Below, one piece after another: positions 52,436 to 64,000 of a DNA stretch of 64,000 nucleotides (positions are counted from its first letter, which is position 1; the number at the start of each line of letters is the position of its first letter). Under the pieces are notes generated by a model. It was not told where the DNA came from. It did no database searches and saw only the letters and a list, made by a program, of their open reading frames with translations. Made by a program: the position numbers and the translations under genes. Origin of the DNA: Thiotrichaceae bacterium UBA4486 (GTDB lineage Bacteria > Pseudomonadota > Gammaproteobacteria > Eutrophobiales > Eutrophobiaceae). The stretch is from NCBI GenBank assembly GCA_002389045.1, contig DGNS01000005.1, positions 113,843 through 177,842 on the forward strand, written 5' to 3'.

Positions 52436-53766
52436 TGACCGTTACCGGACGACATGTAAACGGGCCTTTTTCTATTACCATTTACGCCAGTCTCGCACTT
52501 GTCGTATCACTTTATGTAACTGTCACCCCGGCTCTATTCGGTATCCATGTGAGACTGGGTCTGTCTGATCTCGTGTTACCTTTTTTTTGTGTCTATCTTG
52601 TATTTAGACGCGAGTATTTTTCTGCCTTGTTTCACGCAGATAAATCCACCACATATCTGCTCGTACTGATTTCACTATGGATGCTGTTCAGCTTGTTAAA
52701 TGGCTGGTACGAGACGGGAACTCTCGGCGCCTGGGCGCTGTTCAACAAGACGGCCGGGTGGTTCATACTCTGCTGTTATTTTTTTCTCGGTGTTTTTATA
52801 TCGATACGTAAAGTTTGCAGGGAAAAACTCATAAACTGCTTTATTTTCGGTGCCTGGCTGTTTTCAATCTATGCTCTCGCTGTTCACTGGGCACATATTT
52901 ATGATTTTGATTCTATTGTGCCTGACCGGTATATCGGTAACTATCTGGGACGACCTGAAGCGCTGATGGGCAATCCGAATGCATTCGCTATTATTATCGG
53001 TATCGCACTGGTATTCCAACTACTGATGAGCAAGCGCCTGCCTGCTATACTGCCGCCCGCAGTGTATTCATGCGGACTCGGCCTGCTCATGCTGGTGTTC
53101 TTTTATAGCAGGTCCCGCAGCGCCTGGCTGGGACTTGTTATTGCACTTGTTGCCTTGTTTATTGTCCGCAAGAAGTTACTACAACCGATAATTGCCGGGG
53201 TCGTGTCAGCGCTGTTGATAAATTTACTGGTATTTCATGCCCCCGACTATTTAAGGCAGGTCATTAACTATTCCGGTGATAATGATTCAGCGCAGGGCGA
53301 TTTCCGGCCGATAAGGAAATATGGAACCCAGAGTGAAATTCTCAACCAGGATCATGGTATTAACGTACGCCTGGAACAATTGCAAACTGCTTTACGCTAC
53401 TGGGCGCAGAATCCTTTTACCGGTCTGGGACTGGGTGGTTATCTGCACAGAAGTGTCGTCGAAGGTAATAATCCTGATCGCTATACCCTGCATAATTCGG
53501 CCCTGTGGCTGCTTGCCGAGACCGGGGCGACAGGCTTAATCCTGTTCAGTGTATTTTTTGTTCGACTGTTCTTGCATAATTACCGGCAGTATCAATCAGG
53601 GAATGAGTATTCCCTCTATGTGCTGTTGATGTTGATGTTTATGCTCGGGGCTTCCCAGGGGACAGAGATCCTCTATCAACGTTATTTATGGTTATTTCTC
53701 GGGTTGTCAGTACCCATCAGCATCAATATGAATAAACATTTACCTGATAACCCGGATGAACGGTAA
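52435..53766 (+). CDS. O-antigen ligase/polymerase (Wzy_C) family protein
   Basis: GNPNAF, SRSRSAWLG, PFTGLGLG, LHNSALWLLAETG. Confidence 0.88.
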   Translation: MTVTGRHVNGPFSITIYASLALVVSLYVTVTPALFGIHVRLGLSDLVLPFFCVYLVFRREYFSALFHADKSTTYLLVLISLWMLFSLLNGWYETGTLGAWALFNKTAGWFILCCYFFLGVFISIRKVCREKLINCFIFGAWLFSIYALAVHWAHIYDFDSIVPDRYIGNYLGRPEALMGNPNAFAIIIGIALVFQLLMSKRLPAILPPAVYSCGLGLLMLVFFYSRSRSAWLGLVIALVALFIVRKKLLQPIIAGVVSALLINLLVFHAPDYLRQVINYSGDNDSAQGDFRPIRKYGTQSEILNQDHGINVRLEQLQTALRYWAQNPFTGLGLGGYLHRSVVEGNNPDRYTLHNSALWLLAETGATGLILFSVFFVRLFLHNYRQYQSGNEYSLYVLLMLMFMLGASQGTEILYQRYLWLFLGLSVPISINMNKHLPDNPDER

Positions 53767-53788
53767 AATACACAAATAATTACATTGA

Positions 53789-55210
<1,422 letters not shown>

Positions 55211-56614
55211 TCAAGGTAACCCCTTGAACACCGCCTCCAGGCTTTCCTTGGCGTCACCGAACAGCATGCGCGTGTTCTCCTTGAAGAAGAGCGGGTTATC
55301 CACTCCGGCATAACCGCTGGCCATACTGCGCTTGAGAACGATGGTGGTTTTGCCTTTCCAGCATTCCAGCACCGGCATTCCGGCAATGGGGCTGTTCGGA
55401 TCTTCCAGCGCGGACGGGTTAACAATGTCATTGGCGCCGATTACCACGGAGACATCGATATTCGGGAAATCGTCGTTGATTTCCTCCATCTCGTAGACGA
55501 TGTCATAAGGTACGTGGGCTTCGGCCAGCAATACATTCATGTGCCCCGGCATGCGCCCGGCCACCGGGTGAATACCAAAACGCACGTTAACGCCGGCATC
55601 GCGCAGGTGCTTGGTGATGTCATTGACCATATGCTGGGCCTGGGCCACGGCCATACCGTAGCCGGGGATGATCATGACTTCCTTCGCATTGGCCAGCAGG
55701 GTCGCTGTTTCCTCGGCATCAATGGGGAAGACTTCGCCCTGTTCGCCCTCTGCGGCCACCACGGTACCACCGCCGGTGCCAAAACCACCGGCGATAACGC
55801 TGAGGAAGTGCCGGTTCATGGCGCGGCACATGATGTAGCTGAGAATGGCGCCGCTGCTGCCGACAAGCGCGCCGACCACGATCAGCAGATCGTTGGACAA
55901 CATGAATCCGGTAGCCGAGGCCGCCCAGCCTGAATAACTGTTGAGCATGGAGACCACGACGGGCATGTCAGCACCGCCGATGGCCATGACCATGTGCACG
56001 CCAAAGGCGAGGGCGATGAGTGTCATGGCCAGCAACTGCCAGGTGCCTTCACCGTGTTCGGCGGCAGCCAGGAAGGAATCACCCAGCCAGATGGCGAGAA
56101 TTAACAGAGCCAGGTTCAGGAAATGGCGCGCCGGCAGAATCAGCGGTTTGCCGCCGATTTTGCCGCTGAGTTTACCGAAAGCGATAACCGAACCGGAGAA
56201 CGTCACCGCGCCAATGAGTATACCGATGTATATTTCCACTTCGTGGATAACTTTTTCCACGCCGACGAGGTGGCTCTCACCCATGAAATTAACGTAACCC
56301 ACCAGCACCGCGGCCAGTCCGACCAGGCTGTGCAGGATGGCGACCAGTTCCGGCATCTGTGTCATCGCGACTTTCCGTGCCAGGATGAGACCGACCGTAC
56401 CGCCAAGCAGCATGGCGATAATGATCAGTGCGTAACTCGTAGTCCCGACCACTTCCGGCCCCAGCACCGTGGCCAGCACGGCAATGGTCATGCCGATGAT
56501 GCCGTAAAGATTGCCGCGGCGGGCTGTTTCCTGGTGACTGAGGCCGCCCAGGGTCAGGATGAACAGTATGGTTGCTCCAATGTAGGAAACGGTTACCAGG
56601 CCTTGTGACATCAT
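55211..56614 (-). CDS. pntB: NAD(P) transhydrogenase beta subunit
   Basis: [40 protein letters not shown]. Confidence 0.97.
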   Translation of the reverse strand: MMSQGLVTVSYIGATILFILTLGGLSHQETARRGNLYGIIGMTIAVLATVLGPEVVGTTSYALIIIAMLLGGTVGLILARKVAMTQMPELVAILHSLVGLAAVLVGYVNFMGESHLVGVEKVIHEVEIYIGILIGAVTFSGSVIAFGKLSGKIGGKPLILPARHFLNLALLILAIWLGDSFLAAAEHGEGTWQLLAMTLIALAFGVHMVMAIGGADMPVVVSMLNSYSGWAASATGFMLSNDLLIVVGALVGSSGAILSYIMCRAMNRHFLSVIAGGFGTGGGTVVAAEGEQGEVFPIDAEETATLLANAKEVMIIPGYGMAVAQAQHMVNDITKHLRDAGVNVRFGIHPVAGRMPGHMNVLLAEAHVPYDIVYEMEEINDDFPNIDVSVVIGANDIVNPSALEDPNSPIAGMPVLECWKGKTTIVLKRSMASGYAGVDNPLFFKENTRMLFGDAKESLEAVFKGLP

Positions 56615-56629
56615 TATTCCGTCTCCCCC

Positions 56630-58168
56630 TTATTTATGAAACATTGAAAGCATGCGGCGGGTTACCGCAAAACCGCCGGCGATATTGATACTGGTGATCA
56701 ACGTTGCGAAGAACGCGATGGCCACCAGCAGCCAGTTATCCGATGACACCTGAATCAACGCACCAATGACGATGATGCTGCTGACCGCGTTGGTCACGCT
56801 CATAAGCGGTGTGTGCAGCGAGGGAGTGACATTCCAGATCACCATGTAGCCGACGAAGCAGGCCAGTACGAATACGGTGAAATGATTGAGGAAGGATTCC
56901 GGCGCACCGGAACCGATAAAGTAAAATATACCGGCTGCGGCCAGTAGCAGGAGCGCGGATTTCACTACCGGGGGCAGCAGGGGTTTCTTCTTTTTTACTT
57001 CTACCGGGGCCGCTTCCGCTTTCGGTTTTGGCGGCGCCGCGGAGAGTTTCGGCGGCGGTGGCGGCCAGGTAATTTCACCCGCCTTGATTACCGTGGCTCC
57101 ACGAATGACCTCGTCTTCCATATTAATGTTGATCTGGCCGTCTTTATCCGGCGTCAGATCCGTCAGCATATGTCTGAGATTGGTGGAATACAGCTGGCTG
57201 GACTGGGTCGGCAGTCGACTCGGCAGATCGGTATAGCCGATCAGCGTCACGCCATGCTTGTCAACAACCTTTCCGGCCTCGGTCAACTTGCAGTTGCCAC
57301 CCTGTTCGGCGGCGAGATCGACAATCACACTGCCTGCATTCATGCTCTTGACCATGTCCTCGGTAATCAATTCCGGTGCCGGTTTGCCGGGAATCAGAGC
57401 GGTGGTGATGATAATGTCCACTTCTTTGGCCTGTTCGGCAAACAACGCCATCTCGGCCTTGATGAATTCCTCGCTCATGACCTTGGCATAGCCGCCTTCA
57501 CCGGTGCCTTCTTCCTCGAAATCCAGTTCCAGGAATTCCGCCCCCATGCTTTCCACCTGTTCCTTGACTTCGGGGCGGGTATCGAAGGCGCGGACGATGG
57601 CGCCAAGACTGTTGGCGGTGCCGATCGCGGCCAGACCCGCCACGCCGGCACCGATGACCATGACCTTGGCCGGGGGGATCTTGCCGGCGGCGGTGACCTG
57701 GCCGGTGAAAAAACGTCCGAAATGCTGGGAGGCCTCGATCACGGCGCGGTAACCGGCGATATTGGCCATGGAACTGAGGGCATCGAGCTTCTGGGCGCGT
57801 GAAATGCGCGGCACGCTGTCCATGGCCAGAACATTGACCTTCCTGGCTGCGAGTTTCTGCATCAGGTCCTCATTCTGGGCGGGCCAGATAAAACTGATGA
57901 GGGTCTGGCCTTCCTTCAGTTTATCGATCTCCTCCGCCTTCGGAGCGTTGACCTTCATGATGATATCGCTGGTCGACCAGACGCTGTCGCCGTCTACCAC
58001 GTTGACACCGGCGTCCTCATAGGCGGTGTCGGAAAAATTAGCGGCCTGACCGGCACCGGATTCGATTTGCAGTTCGAATCCCAGTTTCTGAATTTGTCCC
58101 GCGCTTTCGGGCGTCAGAGCCACCCGGCGTTCTCCGGGATGAACTTCTCTCGGAATACCAATCTTCAT
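56630..58168 (-). CDS. pntA: NAD(P) transhydrogenase alpha subunit
   Basis: [36 protein letters not shown]. Confidence 0.97.
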   Translation of the reverse strand: MKIGIPREVHPGERRVALTPESAGQIQKLGFELQIESGAGQAANFSDTAYEDAGVNVVDGDSVWSTSDIIMKVNAPKAEEIDKLKEGQTLISFIWPAQNEDLMQKLAARKVNVLAMDSVPRISRAQKLDALSSMANIAGYRAVIEASQHFGRFFTGQVTAAGKIPPAKVMVIGAGVAGLAAIGTANSLGAIVRAFDTRPEVKEQVESMGAEFLELDFEEEGTGEGGYAKVMSEEFIKAEMALFAEQAKEVDIIITTALIPGKPAPELITEDMVKSMNAGSVIVDLAAEQGGNCKLTEAGKVVDKHGVTLIGYTDLPSRLPTQSSQLYSTNLRHMLTDLTPDKDGQININMEDEVIRGATVIKAGEITWPPPPPKLSAAPPKPKAEAAPVEVKKKKPLLPPVVKSALLLLAAAGIFYFIGSGAPESFLNHFTVFVLACFVGYMVIWNVTPSLHTPLMSVTNAVSSIIVIGALIQVSSDNWLLVAIAFFATLITSINIAGGFAVTRRMLSMFHK

Positions 58169-58295
58169 TCGGTGTTTCCCCCAGTTAACTGGATATGTTC
58201 ACAATTTATTATTATTCCGGCACTCAGGGCGATGCGCCGAAGTGCCGAAATGCTAGCATGATTGTCCGGGTCTGTCATACGTCCGGCCGCCAGTC

Positions 58296-58324
58296 AAAAA
58301 AAACCCCGGCACGTGGCCGGGGTT
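58296..58324 (-). terminator. Rho-independent terminator of yccA
   Basis: Minus strand AACCCCGGC-CACGT-GCCGGGG followed by a T run. Confidence 0.85.
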
Positions 58325-58351
58325 GTGATTGTTACCACCAAACCAGCAGGT

Positions 58352-59017
58352 TTATTCGTTGCCGAACGCTCCGAGCAGGTGCAGCAGGCTGGTAAACAGG
58401 TTGTAAATGGCGATGTACAGCCCCACCGTGGCGAGAATGTAATTGGTCTCACCGCCGTTGACCATTTCACTGGTCTGGTAAAGGATGAAGCCGGCCATCA
58501 GCAGGATGAATACGGCTGATACCGCCAGTGACAGTGCCGGCAGGCTGAAAATCAGCGCGCCGATACCGGCCAGGAAGGCGACCAGGATACCCGTGAACAG
58601 GTAACCGGCCATGAAACTGAAGTCCTTGCGGGTGGTCAGCGCGTAACCGGACAGGCCGAGGAAAATCACGCCCGTGCCGGCCATGGCGGTCATCACCGTC
58701 TGGGCGCCGTTCGGCATGGCCAGATAGTGAGTCAAAATCGGCCCAAGACCGAAGCCGAGCAGGCCGGTGACGGCAAATGTAACCCAGAGGCCGGCCGCGG
58801 AGTTGGCCATTCTCGGCAGCACGAACCAGAGCAGGCCGAGGGCACCCAGTGAGCAGAACATGCTGACCCCCAGGGGAATACGCAGTGCCATGGAGACGCC
58901 GGCCATGACGGCGCTGAAAATCAGCGTCATGGACAGTAATATATAAGTATTACGAATGAGTTTATTGGTCGCGAGGGCCGCTTCCGGTGAATGGGCTACA
59001 GCGTAGTTACGGTTCAT
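58352..59017 (-). CDS. yccA: Bax inhibitor-1/YccA family protein
   Basis: LIRNTYILLSMTL, GGETNYILAT, YNLFTSLL; divergent from tRNA-Ser. Confidence 0.92.
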   Translation of the reverse strand: MNRNYAVAHSPEAALATNKLIRNTYILLSMTLIFSAVMAGVSMALRIPLGVSMFCSLGALGLLWFVLPRMANSAAGLWVTFAVTGLLGFGLGPILTHYLAMPNGAQTVMTAMAGTGVIFLGLSGYALTTRKDFSFMAGYLFTGILVAFLAGIGALIFSLPALSLAVSAVFILLMAGFILYQTSEMVNGGETNYILATVGLYIAIYNLFTSLLHLLGAFGNE

Positions 59018-59202
59018 TGATACTTAACCTCCAGGGTCTGGTTTGTGAACAATGTAAGTGCTATGACCCTGAAATTCAAGAAAGATTCTGTTAAATTTTC
59101 ACGAGCCAGTATTTGAACAGCTTGAATTTTTTAATCTTTTCTCGGCGATGGCTATCGGGTATGCTCTCGCTTCCGTTTTTCCGGCCATGTAAAAAGACAG
59201 AT

Positions 59203-59279
59203 AATAGCGAGTAGCAATTAGCTATTAGTATTGAAAATCAGGGTTTTTACTAATAGCTAATAGCTAATGGCTAATAGCT
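59203..59279. repeat. Inverted heptamer tracts in the tRNA-Ser leader region
   Basis: …TAGCAATTAGCTATTAGTA (ending 59230) faces TACTAATAGCTAATAGCTAATGGCTAATAGCT (59248-59279). Confidence 0.8.
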
Positions 59280-59286
59280 GTACTTC

Positions 59287-59376
59287 GGAGGGGTGGCAGA
59301 GCGGTTGAATGCACCGGTCTTGAAAACCGGCAGGTCCTAGCGGGCCTCGTGGGTTCGAATCCCACCCCCTCCGCCA
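59287..59376 (+). tRNA. tRNA-Ser(TGA)
   Basis: GGAGGGG/CCCCTCC acceptor stem, CCGGT-CTTGAAA-ACCGG anticodon arm, long variable arm, GGTTCGAATCC T-arm, GCCA end. Confidence 0.97.
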
Positions 59377-59551
59377 AACTTCAGTGACATATCGCTTTCT
59401 ACTGCTGCCCGGCAGAGTCGAATGTCTCTGGTGGGATTCGAACCCGTGCCTGTGGGTTCGGTCTTGAATATCCCGGGCACCCCCTCCGCCAAACTTCAGC
59501 GAAGTGTTTTTTTTGTTGCTCCACTAATAAACAGGTAGTCTCTGGTGGGAT
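59363..59551 (+). repeat. tRNA 3'-end-anchored ~115-bp tandem unit with variable internal segment
   Basis: CACCCCCTCCGCCAAACTTCAGyGA at 59363 and 59478; GTCTCTGGTGGGAT at 59424 and 59538. Confidence 0.85.
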
Positions 59552-59637
59552 AGAGAAAAAAGTTTTGTCCATATCCACAAATTCTGCTGGCGTTCCATTT
59601 ATATAGAAAACCGGTTTGGTATTACGAAATCGAATAC

Positions 59638-59679
59638 TTGAAAAACATTCCTTATCAGTTATATTCCTGATATGGAATG
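59638..59679 (+). promoter_or_regulatory. TA promoter with palindromic operator overlapping the toxin start codon
   Basis: TTGAAA-N16-TATATT; CATTCCTTATCAG (59646-59658) and CTGATATGGAATG (59667-59679) form a 12/13 inverted match. Confidence 0.65.
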
Positions 59680-60034
59680 GTTGGTAGAATACACGGACGA
59701 ATTCGAGGCATGGTGGCACACCTTGCCAGAAGCGGAACAGGAAGATGTCGCTGCCGTGGTGGAACTCCTTGAGGTAAAAGGCCCGCACCTGCCGTTCCCG
59801 TACAGTTCAGGGATCAATGGTTCCCGGCATCGGCATATGCGGGAGTTGCGTATTCAGCATGCTGGCAGGCCGTACCGGACACTGTATGCTTTTGATCCGC
59901 GCCGGTGCGCCATATTGCTGCTTGGTGGCGACAAAACCGGCGATGATTGTTGGTACGAGGTTAATGTACCAATTGCTGATGAATTATACGATGTCCATCT
60001 TGAAATATTGAAAGAAGAAGGGCTCCTGGAGTAA
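59672..60034 (+). CDS. Type II toxin, RelE/ParE superfamily (HigB/Gp49-like)
   Basis: GPHLPFPYS, MRELRIQHAGRPYR, AFDPRR, LLLGGDK. Confidence 0.9.
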   Translation: MEWLVEYTDEFEAWWHTLPEAEQEDVAAVVELLEVKGPHLPFPYSSGINGSRHRHMRELRIQHAGRPYRTLYAFDPRRCAILLLGGDKTGDDCWYEVNVPIADELYDVHLEILKEEGLLE

Positions 60035-60038
60035 GACT

Positions 60039-60368
60039 ATGGCCAAGAATTTTAGACATTTACGCGAAGCGATGAGCCTTAAAGCTCAGACCCGTTCGCA
60101 TGAAAAAGCCATCGCCATGATGGTAAACCTTCCGCTGGCCGAATTACGCCAGGCCCGTGCTTTTTCACAGGAGCAACTAGCCGCCGAACTGGATGTAAAA
60201 CAACCCGCAGTAGCGAAGATCGAGAAAAGAACGGATATGTATATCTCAACCCTGCGCCGGTTCGTTGAAGCTATGGGAGGGCAACTGGAAATCCGGGCCC
60301 GTTTCCCGGAAGGCGATGTATGCATTAACCAATTTGAAGAACTGGAGGATAAGCAAGCGGCTCCTTAA
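60039..60368 (+). CDS. XRE-HTH antitoxin (HigA-like)
   Basis: LAELRQA...SQEQLAAELDVKQPAVAKIEK, STLRRFVEAMGGQL. Confidence 0.9.
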   Translation: MAKNFRHLREAMSLKAQTRSHEKAIAMMVNLPLAELRQARAFSQEQLAAELDVKQPAVAKIEKRTDMYISTLRRFVEAMGGQLEIRARFPEGDVCINQFEELEDKQAAP

Positions 60369-60401
60369 AAATTTCATAGTCTGAAGTCATGATTTATTGA
60401 A

Positions 60402-60562
60402 GGAGCCTCTGATTAAGTCAGAGGTTCCTGCATGACAGGAGTCCGGAGCGACTGTCAGGCCAAAATCAATGCTTCCAAAGCATTGATTTTGAGAGGCAAA
60501 TAAAAACGCATTTTTATTTGCCGTGCTCTGATAAGTCCCGGACGGACTTATTCAGAGCTTCC
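60402..60562. mobile_element. MITE-like element, copy 2 (161 bp) with candidate 4-bp target duplication
   Basis: TIRs GGAGCCTCTGATTAAGTC and GACTTATTCAGAGCTTCC; TGAA on both flanks (60398-60401 and 60563-60566). Confidence 0.8.
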
Positions 60563-60572
60563 TGAATAACCT

Positions 60573-61089
60573 TTATTGCCGTTCAGGATTCGTGTAGTTC
60601 CCCACATATTCACATTCTCCCAGATAGGTGTAGGAATTAATGGTCAGAATGCCTTCAATATCCGCTGCTTCATAGGTCTGGATGTAACCGCTGCCGTCTT
60701 CGCGTATTTCAATGCGCAAACTGCGAAGTGTTTGCCACGCTTCACCGTGATACCTGTCGGGCGCGGCTTGATGATGCCGCCGGAATGTCATGTGCAGTAC
60801 CTTGATGTCACCGGACTCGTTGTGATGAAACGTGGTCACGTAATGAACGCTGTGTGTTGTATCGTCGACCGAGGCAATCGGACCTTCATCCGCGATGATG
60901 TTATTGCCGGTGATGGATAATTGCTCCGCTTTTGAATTCCAGGTCAGTTCGGTGGTTGAGGGCACGTCGTTGACACCATATGTCTTGCAAATCGCGGTGA
61001 AATCACCGGGACGTTCGTGGCTGTGCGCATCGGGAAGCGCATTGGACTGGCCAGTGATGAGTCCCAGCAGACACATTACCGGGATACGT

Positions 61090-61097
<8 letters not shown>
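60573..61097 (-). CDS. Hypothetical exported protein
   Basis: Signal peptide MNKRIPVMCLLGLITGQSNA; start overlaps the fumC stop. Confidence 0.65.
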
Positions 61098-62475
<1,378 letters not shown>

Positions 62476-62567
62476 CGGCTTGTTCCTCTGCTGTAAGCCC
62501 GGGAAAGTTGATTATTCACATGGTAGCATCCCGAGTACACTCATTCTCCAAAAGTAAACATCCTGCC

Positions 62568-63479
62568 ATGCGTCAACCTGAGCAACTTGAGAACTACGAG
62601 GGCGACCTGCGTCGCGTCGGTATCGAATTTGAATTCGCCGGCATGGATACGGCGACCGCGGCCGCCTGCGTCACCGATCTGTTTGGTGGTGAATGCTGTT
62701 CGGAAAACCGCTTTCTCACCCATGTGAAAGATACGGAATTCGGTGAATTCCGGGTGGAACTCGACGCCCATTTTCTGAAACAGCGGCGCTATCTCGAGTA
62801 TCTGGAGACCATCGGCATCGATATCCGTAAAGTAGACATCGCCGATTCCATCGAGGATGTGTTGTCCAGCCTGGCCGCCAATATCGTTCCCCTTGAAATC
62901 TGTACGCCGCCAATCCCGATGGATCGTCTGGATGACATGGAGAAGCTGGCCGGGCGCTTGCGCGAACGCGGTGCACTGGGTACCGGCCATTCACCGCTGT
63001 ACGCCTTCGGATTGCAGTTTAATCCCGAGACACCGAGCCTCGAGGTGGACTACATACTCGCTATCCTGCAGGCCTTTCTGGTATCGTACGAGCGGCTTTG
63101 CCGTGAGGGGAATATTGATTTGACGCGCCGTCTGGTACCGTTTGTGCGGCCGTTCAGCAAGGATTTCATCCGCCATTTCTGCAACCGGAATTACGCACCG
63201 GATAGCGCCGGGTTCATCGACGATTATCTTCAATTGAATCCCACCCGCAACCGACCGCTGGATCTGCTGCCTATTCTGGCCTTTATCGACGAGGACAGGG
63301 TCATGTCCGGGGCGGAGGAACCGCATCTCATCAATCCGCGGCCGGCGTTTCATTACCGTCTGCCGGATTGCCGTATCGACCAGCAGGACTGGAGTATCGG
63401 CCAGGAATGGGATCGCTGGTTGAGTATCGAGGAGCTCGCCGCCGATAGCGGGAAACTCGCCGCTGCCTTACGGTCCTGA
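62568..63479 (+). CDS. Putative amidoligase (COOH-NH2 ligase, Amidoligase_2-like)
   Basis: VGIEFEFAG, PLEICTPP, AFGLQFN, NPTRNRPLDLLP, RPAFHYRLP. Confidence 0.82.
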   Translation: MRQPEQLENYEGDLRRVGIEFEFAGMDTATAAACVTDLFGGECCSENRFLTHVKDTEFGEFRVELDAHFLKQRRYLEYLETIGIDIRKVDIADSIEDVLSSLAANIVPLEICTPPIPMDRLDDMEKLAGRLRERGALGTGHSPLYAFGLQFNPETPSLEVDYILAILQAFLVSYERLCREGNIDLTRRLVPFVRPFSKDFIRHFCNRNYAPDSAGFIDDYLQLNPTRNRPLDLLPILAFIDEDRVMSGAEEPHLINPRPAFHYRLPDCRIDQQDWSIGQEWDRWLSIEELAADSGKLAAALRS

Positions 63480-63493
63480 TCGCGTTTCCTGCG

Positions 63494-64000
63494 ATGAAGG
63501 AAAGGCCATCAGCACGGATCAGGATCGGTGTTACCGGCCCGGATCGTGGCGGTTATGTGGCCTGGTTTGCGACTCGTCTGGCAGTCTGGCGAGCGGGTGG
63601 CAAGGCTTGCCGCATCACACCGCGACATCCCGGATCATTGCAGTCCTGCCAGGCCTTGATCATCGGAGGTGGTGCGGATGTGGGTTTGCAAAAGGGCGAG
63701 TCGATCATCGAGGAAGAAGAACAGCCTGACATCGGTTTTGGCCGCCGAATCATGGGACTCATACTGGCGCCATTGATCTTTTTCGCGCGCATGCTGTTCG
63801 GCAAGCGCCAGAGTGCGGCCGAAAACGAGGCCCGCGATCGTATTGAATTTGACTGTCTGGAGCAGGCCCGGGAAAGGCAGATGCCGGTGCTGGGAATTTG
63901 CCGCGGTGCGCAATTAATAAATGTTGCACTTGGCGGACGCTTGCAGCGGGATCTGTCCGATTACTACGAAGAGGGTGATGCGATTCGCAGTGTTCTGCCA
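63494..64000 (+). CDS. Peptidase C26 / gamma-glutamyl hydrolase (class I GATase-like); runs off the window edge
   Basis: Not in the ORF track. Manual translation gives MKERPSARIRIGVTGPDRGG...LIIGGGAD...RDRIE...PVLGICRGAQLINVALGG. Confidence 0.85.
   Translation, partial: MKERPSARIRIGVTGPDRGGYVAWFATRLAVWRAGGKACRITPRHPGSLQSCQALIIGGGADVGLQKGESIIEEEEQPDIGFGRRIMGLILAPLIFFARMLFGKRQSAAENEARDRIEFDCLEQARERQMPVLGICRGAQLINVALGGRLQRDLSDYYEEGDAIRSVLP

Noticed and set aside
59363-59551. CRISPR array (35-36-nt spacer-like segments)
   Set aside because: Only two units, the repeat derives from the tRNA, and no cas genes are present. Kept as a non-CRISPR finding.

Overview
Chromosomal window of a Gammaproteobacterium (moderately GC-rich, judged by eye). 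The core backbone is clear: nrdA 5' end with NrdR and DnaA boxes; tsaB; lolE/C-lolD-DUF2062-comEC-exbBD-lpxK-ycaR-kdsB; infA-bpt-aat; trxB-ftsK-lolA-rarA-crcB-serS; pntAB; yccA; tRNA-Ser(TGA); fumC. Accessory genes are interspersed: c-di-GMP proteins (EAL-CBS-GGDEF, TM-GGDEF-EAL, and a double-J-domain/Zn-ribbon/PilZ protein), two phasins, oxidative and light stress genes, a Tat-signal HDAC, a four-gene lipid-modification operon, an AT-rich flippase/sulfotransferase/O-antigen-ligase insert, a toxin-first type II TA pair after the tRNA, and an amidoligase plus C26 hydrolase pair. Non-coding structure includes three copies of a palindromic MITE-like element with compensatory changes, five heptamer-repeat tracts (two of them inside coding sequence), and a tRNA-anchored repeat/variable-spacer unit. 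No cas genes, integrase or transposase were seen. All family calls come from recognising motifs by eye; no database search was run.
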